From: Myxococcales bacterium | Lineage (GTDB): Bacteria > Myxococcota_A > Polyangia > Polyangiales > Polyangiaceae | NCBI GenBank assembly: GCA_043747615.1 | Contig: JAYTOU010000093.1 | Span: forward strand, 41,339 to 105,338 | Length of the DNA stretch: 64,000 nucleotides | Direction of reading: 5' to 3' | Shown: piece after piece, positions 20,276 to 28,314 of the stretch | Layout of the letters: every line of letters starts with the position of its first letter | How positions within the stretch are numbered: position 1 is the first letter of the stretch | The notes under the pieces: model-generated | Database searches by the model: none | What the model saw: only the letters and a program-made list of their open reading frames with translations | What the model was told of the DNA's origin: nothing | Made by a program: the position numbers and the translations under genes

Positions 20276-20431
20276 ATGGGAAAGTTCGACCGCCGCAATT
20301 CGCAAAAAATGAAACGACGTAAGGCTCAGACGAAGAAAAAAGAGCGCGTCGCTCGCAAGGCCGCACCGAAAAAGGCCGCAGCGCCGGCCAAGAAGACCGC
20401 CGCGAAGAAGACGGCCGCAAAAGCCACCTAA
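20276..20431 (+). CDS. Small basic Lys/Ala-rich protein (51 aa)
   Basis: AAGGGGA RBS; MGKFDRRNSQKMKRRK followed by KKAA/KKTAA repeats. Confidence 0.7.
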   Translation: MGKFDRRNSQKMKRRKAQTKKKERVARKAAPKKAAAPAKKTAAKKTAAKAT

Positions 20432-20437
20432 GTCTCT

Positions 20438-20914
20438 TCAGTCGCCGAGACGCACCGTTGGGAACTGCGTGTTCTCGCGGTGCGGTGCTGCGACCGAAAC
20501 GATCTTCTCGCCCATCAGGCCGACGTCGCCGTCGATGCGCGTTTCACGTTCGAGGAGCCAATCGCCTTTGTGGTCGTGCCAGGTCTGGCGCAGCGTCGTC
20601 TGGCGGAGCTCCTGCTCATCCGGGCTGTACCAAGCCACACGAACCGAGACTTCCGCTTCCTCTTTGGTCGTCATTCGCAGGCCGGCGAGCTCGCAATCTG
20701 CGATGCGAACGCGACCGCCCCAGCCTTTGTGGACGCGGATGAACTCCTCACGCTCCTTCGCGGCGACGCGCTCCATGGCCATCTCCATGCGGCCGAACCG
20801 CATGTTGAGGTTGAGCTCCGTCGCAGACTCTTGGACGGCGGCCGCACCGCGCGCCTGGTTGAGACACGCCGTGAAGCCGAGAAGAACAAGGAAAACCGAT
20901 CGTCGACCGTGCAT
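20438..20914 (-). CDS. Hypothetical lipoprotein
   Basis: Lipobox FTAC; TAGGGT 6 nt upstream of the ATG. Confidence 0.7.
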   Translation of the reverse strand: MHGRRSVFLVLLGFTACLNQARGAAAVQESATELNLNMRFGRMEMAMERVAAKEREEFIRVHKGWGGRVRIADCELAGLRMTTKEEAEVSVRVAWYSPDEQELRQTTLRQTWHDHKGDWLLERETRIDGDVGLMGEKIVSVAAPHRENTQFPTVRLGD

Positions 20915-20961
20915 CGCGCGACCCTACGGAAGGCGCGCGCGGACGGCCTACTTTTCGGCGA

Positions 20962-23931
20962 TCAGAAGGGCACGGCCGCTACGAAATAGACTTTGTCGAG
21001 GCCGCCGCTCGCCCACCCGTGCGCGTATCCAATTCGAAACGTGAAGCCGATCACGTAGCCGAGCAGGCTGTCGAACCAAAGCTCTGCGCCCGTCCCCGTT
21101 TTGAACTTCGCGGTCTCGGCAAAGTCGAAGGCGCTCCCGTAGTCGACGAACACGTTGCCGCTAAGTCGCTGGAAGAAGATGGGCAGCGTGGAGAGGCCGC
21201 GATCGACGTTGAGGATCGGAAAGCGATACTCCGCATTGAAGAGCGCGAAGTTGCGTCCGGCCTCGATGACCGTGGGGTAGCCCCGCATGGTGATTCCGCC
21301 TTGGATGAGGATGTTGCGCACGGTGTCGTAGAGCGGAAGATCGACGAAGCCGCCCACGAAGTAGGGTCCGCGCCCAGGGAAGTTGCCGCCACTCGTCCCG
21401 CCGCTGGCGTGAAGGCCAAGCGAGTGATGCCGTAGCCAGGGCATGGTCGCGTACGTCGCGAACGAGGTCGACGCCGCGAAGCCACTGAAGTCGCTGGCGA
21501 GCGCGGGGTTCGTGAAATCGAGATTTGCGTTGAGAGAGAAGCCCTTTTCCGGGCCGATGCTCCACAGGTAACGCTGCGCGTTCGAGTATCCCCAGCCGAC
21601 GCTCAACGTTCCCAACATGCCCGCCCCCGGGTAGGTCGGCGTCTCGTACGGATCGATATGCCCGGTGGAGCTCGGGTACTGCACGCCGAGTCGCGCAGCC
21701 GAATAGTTCGCGGAGAAGGACTGCCCGTCGAACTGCCCGGGGAGGCTGTAGGAAATGCCCGTCGCAATGCCCACGGCCTCTTGCACGTACGCCGGCTTGT
21801 AATTTTGCCCGAGTGAATAGCCGGCATGCGGGGAGATCGAGCGGAACGCGTGCATCCCGAGGTCGAACGGAAAACGACCGTAATTGTAGCCGAGGTCGAG
21901 CTGCACCTCTGGCCGCTCGAGCTCCGTGGTGAGCGTCGCCAGAATCGAGTGATGCCCGGCGATGTCGCCGCCCGCGGCACCCACGATGATCGCCTGCCCA
22001 AAATTTCCGGGAGTGATCTGGAGGCTGAAGGTCCGCGGCCGCAGGGTGTGCAGAGGGTTGTACGCGGTGATCGGAAAAACTTGGTGAGGCGGATCGTGGT
22101 GGACGGTCGGGCGAGCGTCGACGAAGGGTAGAGCGTCCGGCGCGGTCTCCGGATTTACCGGCATGGCGAAGAGGTCGAATCCCGTGTGCGTGTATCCCAC
22201 GTAAGCGAGCGTCTTGCCGTCCGGCGAAATCGACGGCTGGTAGGCGCCGTTGATCACGTTGGTGATCTGCTTCAAGCGTCCGGTGGCGACTTCCCACGCG
22301 AAGACGTTCGACACTCCCGTGCGGTCGGAGTGAAAGTAGAGCCACGCACCATCCGGGGAAAAAGAAGGCCCCGCGTCGATCGCGCGATCCTTCGTGACCT
22401 CTGCGAAGGAGCCGTCGCTACTGTCGACGAAGCGAATGTCCCGGTAGCCGCCGCGGGTCCACACGCTGTACGCGACGTGGCGGTTGTCGGGCGACCAGTG
22501 GGCGCCGTAGACCTGCTCGAAGCCGTTGCTCTTCACGAGCACGTGCGTGTTCGTCAGCTCGCCGTCGACGCTGAGGTCGGCGATCTGGAGGTAGCTCGTG
22601 CCACGATGATTGGTGGAGAAGACGACGCGCCGTCCGTCGGGAGACACGTCGGGATCGCTCGCTCGAAAGCCGTGCGTGAGCCGCTTCCGATGCCCCTCGA
22701 GCCCCGACGGACTCTTCAGCCCGGTCTTGATCTCGAACAGCTCCCCAAAGGCGAAGATGTTGCTCGTGTAGTCGATCGAATCGAAGACCACGCTGCCGTC
22801 CGGCTCGAAGCTCGCCGCCGAAGCTTCGTTCGTGCGAATGAGAAGCTCGCGCTTGTCCTCCCCCGCCGCGGTCACGTTGCCGCGCGCATCGCGCTTGATG
22901 TGCTGACCGTAGAGCCCCGGCGTGGAGTGCCCGTCGTCGCGAAAGTAAAGAAGGTCGCCAGCGTACCCGTCCCACGCATTGCCCGGGATCCATCGCGGGT
23001 GGCGTGCCGTCTGGCCCCCATGGGTGATCCGCACGCCCTCGCGAATTCCCCGCGCACGAATGGTCGCAGCCTGGGCCTCGAAATCGCGCTTCAACGTGGC
23101 AATCCACGCGGGATACATATCTTCGAAGGTGCGCCCCGTGGCTCGGCGAATCGCTCGATTTACCCCGAAGGGAATGATGTTCGCGCCGTAGTCGGCGATC
23201 ATTTTTCGGATCGCCTCTTCGCCGTACGTCTGGCGAATCCACTTCATGAAAAACGACCCGTAAAGGTACCAGATGTTTCCTTGCGGCCAGCGACGCGGGG
23301 TGTTCGAGAACTGGTCGAGCGGGGCGATGTTGTTCTCGAGAACGTCGGCGCGCATGTACATCTGCCACTGCGATGACCGCAGTCGCCCGCCGCTCGTCTG
23401 CTCCGACTCCTCGAGCACCGCGAGCCCCTCGAGGATCCACCGCGGCTGCACCTGGTTGGGGACGAACGTCTTGCCGATGATCCCGTTGATGAAGCCGGGG
23501 AGGCCCGTGATGTTGTCGATGTGAAGGGTGTGCGTGTACTCGTGAGAGAGGAGATCTTCGTACCAGTCGTCGATGTCCCCCAGCGGCGACATGTCGTCCG
23601 GAGCCGTCAAAAACAGGCGGATCGAGTTGTACGGAAGGCCGGAGGTGATGCCGTTGGCGCTGTCGGTCTGGTCGAAGAGTGCGATCTCCGTCTTCTCTTT
23701 GGGCGACCACCCGAGCACCGGGGAGAGGCGCGCGTGGATCGCTTCACCGACCTCGCCGACGTGCTGGGCGACCTCCGCTTCACCCGAGTAGTAGGAGATC
23801 CGAAAGTGCGGCGTCTCGAGCGACTTCCACTCGAGATTGGGATCGTTCGCGGCGCGCGCGGCTGGCGAGCAGAAGAGAGCGCCCAGGGCGAAAGTGAGAA
23901 ACGCAAACCTGTACGGTCTTTTGCAATGCAC
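20962..23931 (-). CDS. Omp85/BamA-superfamily protein with N-terminal zinc-metallopeptidase-like and TolB/PD40 propeller domains
   Basis: Signal peptide; HEYTH plus downstream WILEGLA (gluzincin-like); SPDG/PD40 repeats; barrel motifs MRGY, NAEYRFP, FVDYG; terminal Phe. Confidence 0.85.
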   Translation of the reverse strand: MHCKRPYRFAFLTFALGALFCSPAARAANDPNLEWKSLETPHFRISYYSGEAEVAQHVGEVGEAIHARLSPVLGWSPKEKTEIALFDQTDSANGITSGLPYNSIRLFLTAPDDMSPLGDIDDWYEDLLSHEYTHTLHIDNITGLPGFINGIIGKTFVPNQVQPRWILEGLAVLEESEQTSGGRLRSSQWQMYMRADVLENNIAPLDQFSNTPRRWPQGNIWYLYGSFFMKWIRQTYGEEAIRKMIADYGANIIPFGVNRAIRRATGRTFEDMYPAWIATLKRDFEAQAATIRARGIREGVRITHGGQTARHPRWIPGNAWDGYAGDLLYFRDDGHSTPGLYGQHIKRDARGNVTAAGEDKRELLIRTNEASAASFEPDGSVVFDSIDYTSNIFAFGELFEIKTGLKSPSGLEGHRKRLTHGFRASDPDVSPDGRRVVFSTNHRGTSYLQIADLSVDGELTNTHVLVKSNGFEQVYGAHWSPDNRHVAYSVWTRGGYRDIRFVDSSDGSFAEVTKDRAIDAGPSFSPDGAWLYFHSDRTGVSNVFAWEVATGRLKQITNVINGAYQPSISPDGKTLAYVGYTHTGFDLFAMPVNPETAPDALPFVDARPTVHHDPPHQVFPITAYNPLHTLRPRTFSLQITPGNFGQAIIVGAAGGDIAGHHSILATLTTELERPEVQLDLGYNYGRFPFDLGMHAFRSISPHAGYSLGQNYKPAYVQEAVGIATGISYSLPGQFDGQSFSANYSAARLGVQYPSSTGHIDPYETPTYPGAGMLGTLSVGWGYSNAQRYLWSIGPEKGFSLNANLDFTNPALASDFSGFAASTSFATYATMPWLRHHSLGLHASGGTSGGNFPGRGPYFVGGFVDLPLYDTVRNILIQGGITMRGYPTVIEAGRNFALFNAEYRFPILNVDRGLSTLPIFFQRLSGNVFVDYGSAFDFAETAKFKTGTGAELWFDSLLGYVIGFTFRIGYAHGWASGGLDKVYFVAAVPF

Positions 23932-23968
23932 GCGAAGCCGGGGCGCAGTCTACACTCCCTTTTTAGCC

Positions 23969-24168
23969 GTGAAGCCCTCTTCTCTTGTCCTCTTCTCTTC
24001 GCCCTCGTCTTCGCCGCCTGCTCCACCAATCAGGCAAGCGCGCCGATCCCTCCGACGAATCCGGGGGCGCTGATCTCGACCCTGACCGACCTCGCAGACC
24101 TCGGCGAAAAGCGGGTTGGAACAGACGCCGGCGCGCGCGCGGGTGCGCTACGACTTGCCATCCCGTAA
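23969..24168 (+). pseudogene. Frameshifted, truncated lipoprotein remnant
   Basis: Removing one copy of the 11-bp repeat CCTCTTCTCTT restores MKRPLLFALVFAAC; the frame stops at 24168. Confidence 0.5.
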
Positions 24169-24179
24169 AACGGCCTAAT

Positions 24180-25106
24180 TTAGAGGAAAAAAGCGGCGCG
24201 GGCGTCCTCTCGCGGAACGACGAGATCCTCTCCATAGTCGGGAGTGACGCGCGTCACCTTCGGATCGAGATCCCTCACCTCGCGGAGAAATCCATCTACG
24301 TCGATGCCCGGCAGGAGATGCACGCCGCGCTCGAGCGGAGCAAAGAACGCATCGTGGTGGGTCGGAACGACGAGGCGCGGCGTGAGCGCTGTCATCAGGC
24401 GCTTGACGTAATCACGCGTCGCTCGGCGGCCCGCGAGGCCTGCGATGAGCACATCGGCGTGAATCCCGTGCAGCTCGGCGTCGACCAGATCGGCGCTGCC
24501 GTTGTGGTAGATCGACACGCCGCCCGCCTTGAGAAAAAGGCCGAACGCCCCTCCCATCCGGTAATGCCAGGCGCGCGCGGGCAGCGGCGGTGACGTGCTC
24601 ACCTCGCCCGGAGCCGGCACCCGCCCGAGAAAAATGCGCCCGTGAAGGCTCGGCACGAAGCGCACGTCGATGTCGCCGACGGTGAAGCTCGCCCCCTCGG
24701 GCGGAATGAACACGAGCTTGTCAGGCGCGACCCCGGAAGCTTTGGCGAAGGCGCAGGTAGTCGGCGATCCCGCTATTTTCGCGCCTGTTTTCGCGGCGAT
24801 GTGGGGCGCATCGAGGAGGTGATCGAAGTGACTGTGCCCGCACAAGACGGCGTCGACCCGGGATGGAATCCAGCGCGTGATGGCTGCCGCATCCGGCGTG
24901 AGGGTCTGCGACGCAAGCCGCAGCAGCCCTGGCCGCGACAGAAACGGATCGATGAGCACGGTCGTTGTGCGTGTCGCGATCACGAAGCCCGCGGTGCCAA
25001 GCCAGCGCACCCGCACGCCTCCCTCGGCGGCCTCGGAGGATGGCTTGCCGCGCGGTCGGAGCTCGGCGCGCGGTTTCCATCGAGCAAAGATCCGCTCGTA
25101 AATCAA
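24180..25106 (-). CDS. MBL-fold metallo-hydrolase
   Basis: WLGTAGF, LIDPFL, HSHFDH, SLHG, PTHHD motifs. Confidence 0.9.
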   Translation of the reverse strand: MIYERIFARWKPRAELRPRGKPSSEAAEGGVRVRWLGTAGFVIATRTTTVLIDPFLSRPGLLRLASQTLTPDAAAITRWIPSRVDAVLCGHSHFDHLLDAPHIAAKTGAKIAGSPTTCAFAKASGVAPDKLVFIPPEGASFTVGDIDVRFVPSLHGRIFLGRVPAPGEVSTSPPLPARAWHYRMGGAFGLFLKAGGVSIYHNGSADLVDAELHGIHADVLIAGLAGRRATRDYVKRLMTALTPRLVVPTHHDAFFAPLERGVHLLPGIDVDGFLREVRDLDPKVTRVTPDYGEDLVVPREDARAAFFL

Positions 25107-25112
25107 AGGGGA

Positions 25113-26075
25113 TCAGAGGTCGTCGTGAAAGAGCGGCTCGCGATTACGCACGTAGCGATAGATGAGCTGACGAGCCTCATTCGTGATCTGGGTGAACTGG
25201 GCGCCGAAGCCTGGCGGCGCATCTGCGCCTCCCTCGGATTGTTCGCGCGACCAGCGGACTACTGCGTTGGCCTCGAACTCGTAGCCACCGGGGAGCGACA
25301 CGCGGAGGCGCACGGGCGTTCCAATCTTGGGCACCATGTACGTCGAGACGAAGAGCCCGCCGTGGTCGATGATGTCGTTCCCGGAGAGGCCCTTGTAAAA
25401 GTTCGTGGAGCTCTGGGCGCCGAGATCGGCGGTGACGATCGGCATGTCTCCGGTGGCCGCGGGCACGGCGACTTGCGCGCGCGGTTGCTGCTCTGGCGGA
25501 GGCGCCGCAAACGGATCGCGGTCGATCTGAGGCGCGGGCTGATACACCGGCGCGGCGGCGGGCGGCGGCGGCTGGTAGAGGGGCTGCGGGGGAGCGGGTG
25601 CGCGAACGGGCTGAAACGCCTGCTGCGGAGCCTGTTGGGGAGGCGCTTGCGGCGGCTGGTATGCGGGCTGGGGCTGGTGGACGGCCTGGGGCGCCGCGGC
25701 TGGGTGAGCGCCTTGACGCGGCGGCGACGCGGCAACCGGAGCGGGCGCCGCCAGCCCGGCGAGCTTGCTGAGTGCGTGGACCAGACCGAGCGACGACGCA
25801 ACGGCCTCCACGGCCTGCGCCACGGCCGGATGGTTGGCTGGCTGCGCCTGAAGTTGCTGAAGGGCCGTCCGAACGTTGTCCAAGGCCACGTTGGCGTGGG
25901 GCACGAGCTGTGTCCCATTCGATCGCTCGATCTGATGGAGCGCACCCATCGCTTGCGCGATCGGAGCCGCGAGGGCCACCAGGTTCGGGGGAATGTTGGG
26001 ATCGGACTGAAGGGCCGAGAGTCCGCGCGAGAGGGATTCTCGTGCGGTGCGCGCGGAGGATGCGGGGTCGGACAC
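25113..26075 (-). CDS. TIGR02266/PilZ-like domain protein with helical N-terminus and Pro/Gln linker
   Basis: C-terminal 'NFYKG...GGLFVSTY..P.IGT.V.L...LPGG...VVRW...PGFGAQF'; GGGAGA RBS before the GTG. Confidence 0.8.
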   Translation of the reverse strand: MSDPASSARTARESLSRGLSALQSDPNIPPNLVALAAPIAQAMGALHQIERSNGTQLVPHANVALDNVRTALQQLQAQPANHPAVAQAVEAVASSLGLVHALSKLAGLAAPAPVAASPPRQGAHPAAAPQAVHQPQPAYQPPQAPPQQAPQQAFQPVRAPAPPQPLYQPPPPAAAPVYQPAPQIDRDPFAAPPPEQQPRAQVAVPAATGDMPIVTADLGAQSSTNFYKGLSGNDIIDHGGLFVSTYMVPKIGTPVRLRVSLPGGYEFEANAVVRWSREQSEGGADAPPGFGAQFTQITNEARQLIYRYVRNREPLFHDDL

Positions 26076-26155
26076 GGCTCTGAATCTCCGGGAGATGGTC
26101 GCTTCGTGGAGCTTGGATGCTACGGCGTTTTTCGACTTCAGGGAACGAAAGCGCT

Positions 26156-27055
26156 TTAAAATCCGATTCTAGTCACGAGTCGGGCGAGAGCGGCGCGGTC
26201 GAGCTCTTCTTCTTCGTCGCTGCCTTCGACCTCCCGCCTGCCCGCGAGGAGCTCGATCGCGCCATCGGCCGTGCGCACGACGGCGCTTCCCCCGACTACC
26301 GCAGCCTCGCCGGGGTGGAGCGCCTTGGGAAATACGTTCGTCACCCGGGCGCGGGTGATCACCACGGACGCGTCGCCTATGTCGGTGATCGTTCCGGGCC
26401 AGGGGCTCGCGGCGCGGACCCGCCGGGCGAGGTGCTCCGCTTCGTCGTTGAAGCGCAGGACGAGATCTTCTTCGCTCGGCTCTGGCGCGCTCGTGGCCAG
26501 CGCTTCGTTTTGCGCCACGGCCGCCGGCGGCTCGCTCGATCCGAGGGACCGGGCCACCTTGCGAAGAAGGGCAAGCGACGGACGATCGAGCTTTTTTGCA
26601 AGGGTCCACGCGCTCCAGGAGGGATCGATCGAGAGCTTTCGCTGTCCGTAGATCGCACCGGTGTCGTAAGCGTCGTCGAGACGATGCGCGCTGACCCCGG
26701 TGACCGTATCGCCCGAAGCAATCGCCCAATAATAGGGATCGGGACCGCGGTGCCGGGGAAGGAGCGAGGGATGGACTCCGAAGGCGCCGAGGGGCGCGAC
26801 GTCGAGCACCGCGCGAGGAATGCGCTTGGTCCAAAACCAGCTCACCAGCAGCTCCGGACGCGCATCGCGCACGCGGGAGACCACCTCGGGATCTTCGAAG
26901 TCAGGAACGAGATCCACCCTGGTTTTCCCGAGTCGGCGCAGAAGGCGCCTCGTCCCGAGCGCACCTCGCCGGCAGATCGCCGCGTACACGATCTCGTGCC
27001 CATCCTCGAGAAGTAAAAGAGCCGCGAGCGGCAAACCCGCGAAGGCGATCCTCAC
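26156..27055 (-). CDS. Formyltransferase, methionyl-tRNA formyltransferase-like
   Basis: HPSLLPRHRGPDP, TGVSAH, YDTG, and a C-terminal 'VRAASPWPG' Fmt-like domain. Confidence 0.8.
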   Translation of the reverse strand: MRIAFAGLPLAALLLLEDGHEIVYAAICRRGALGTRRLLRRLGKTRVDLVPDFEDPEVVSRVRDARPELLVSWFWTKRIPRAVLDVAPLGAFGVHPSLLPRHRGPDPYYWAIASGDTVTGVSAHRLDDAYDTGAIYGQRKLSIDPSWSAWTLAKKLDRPSLALLRKVARSLGSSEPPAAVAQNEALATSAPEPSEEDLVLRFNDEAEHLARRVRAASPWPGTITDIGDASVVITRARVTNVFPKALHPGEAAVVGGSAVVRTADGAIELLAGRREVEGSDEEEELDRAALARLVTRIGF

Positions 27056-27077
27056 GTGGCCTTCGGCCTTTAGAGCT

Positions 27078-28199
27078 TCACGTGTTTTGGGCCGCTACGC
27101 CGTGAACGCCCGTGGTCGGCTCGTCGCCGAGCTGACGGAGGAGCGCCGTTCGCATGGCGTGCTCGACGAGCGTCCAGAGCTGCCCGCGATCCGTGGAGCG
27201 ACCAAGAAATCCGATCGGAATGCGGAAGCCGCCCTTGTCCCTGCGGCCGCCGCCGTAGGCGCGACCTTTGTCGTCGTAGCCGAACGCTTGCTCGAGCCAC
27301 GCAGCGGGGTCCACGCTCGGCGAGTGGGTGCGGAGGGAGCCTTCGATGAAGCGCTCGCCGACCACGCCGTAGACGACGACGGTGTCGATGTCCTCACGCC
27401 TGACGAGGAAATCAGCCGCTTGCGCGATCGTGTCGCGATCGCCTTCGGAGACGAACCCGACGCCGGCCATCGCGAAGTTACGACGCACGAAGAGCGATGC
27501 GAGGGCGCGGGCCATGACGTCCATCGCGCTCGGCGCGATCAGGCGGCGGCTGAGATCGGCGAGCAACTCGCGATCACACACCTCGGCAATCTGCGCTGCA
27601 GCGCGAAAATCGGCAGCGCGCGCGAGCATGAAGTCGTCGGTGTCCGTGGAGAGACCATGCATCAGCGCCGTGGCGATCCGCCTGTCCTCCTCGGCGTCGC
27701 CGTCGAACGGGGTGAGCTCGGTCAGGTACTCGACGAAGATCGTCGCCGTGGCACCCACCTCCAGCCGAATGTCCACGAAACGCGCGGCAGGCGGCACGGG
27801 AGCGCGGTGGTGATCGACGATCGTAAGTACCTCGATTTCCTCGGCATCGGTCAGCTCCGGATCGAGGTCGTGGGCATCGACGAAGGAGATGAAATCGACG
27901 CCCGGGACTTCCTTCACGCTCTTGATCTTCCGCAGATCGACCCCGAGCAACTTCACGAGCGCCCGGTTCTCCCGGTGACTGAGGTCGTGGCAATAAGCGA
28001 TCGTCGTTTTGGCGACGCCATACCGCGCGCCGATGTGAGCTTGGGCAAGTGCGCAGGCGATCCCATCGGGATCCGGATGGCCGCGGAGGGCGACGAGCAC
28101 GTGCTTCCCTTTTGCTTGGGAGAGCGCATCGGCAAAGGCCTTGGCGCGTTCCGGAGGGTTCGGCGCGGGGAGCGGAAGCCGCCTTACGGGATCAACCAT
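27078..28199 (-). CDS. DHH/DHHA1 family phosphoesterase
   Basis: HPDPDG, VDHH, GATATI, STDT, GSLR, GGGR motifs. Confidence 0.88.
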   Translation of the reverse strand: MVDPVRRLPLPAPNPPERAKAFADALSQAKGKHVLVALRGHPDPDGIACALAQAHIGARYGVAKTTIAYCHDLSHRENRALVKLLGVDLRKIKSVKEVPGVDFISFVDAHDLDPELTDAEEIEVLTIVDHHRAPVPPAARFVDIRLEVGATATIFVEYLTELTPFDGDAEEDRRIATALMHGLSTDTDDFMLARAADFRAAAQIAEVCDRELLADLSRRLIAPSAMDVMARALASLFVRRNFAMAGVGFVSEGDRDTIAQAADFLVRREDIDTVVVYGVVGERFIEGSLRTHSPSVDPAAWLEQAFGYDDKGRAYGGGRRDKGGFRIPIGFLGRSTDRGQLWTLVEHAMRTALLRQLGDEPTTGVHGVAAQNT

Positions 28200-28314
28200 G
28201 AGGGCAATTGTGGCCTCGTTCTGGGCTCCTGGTCCAGCGGGGAGCCTTTTTCCTCCGCTTGTGCTGCCGCCGCGAACCCCCGTTCCCGCGGGGGAGGTGT
28301 TACTCTTCCGGCCC

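Noticed and set aside
20276..20431. Assignment as ribosomal protein bTHX
   Set aside because: Similarity is limited to the first seven residues and the GxYG core is missing, so no gene symbol was given.
24180..25106. Beta-lactamase resistance gene call
   Set aside because: Only generic MBL-fold motifs and no signal peptide; substrate unknown.
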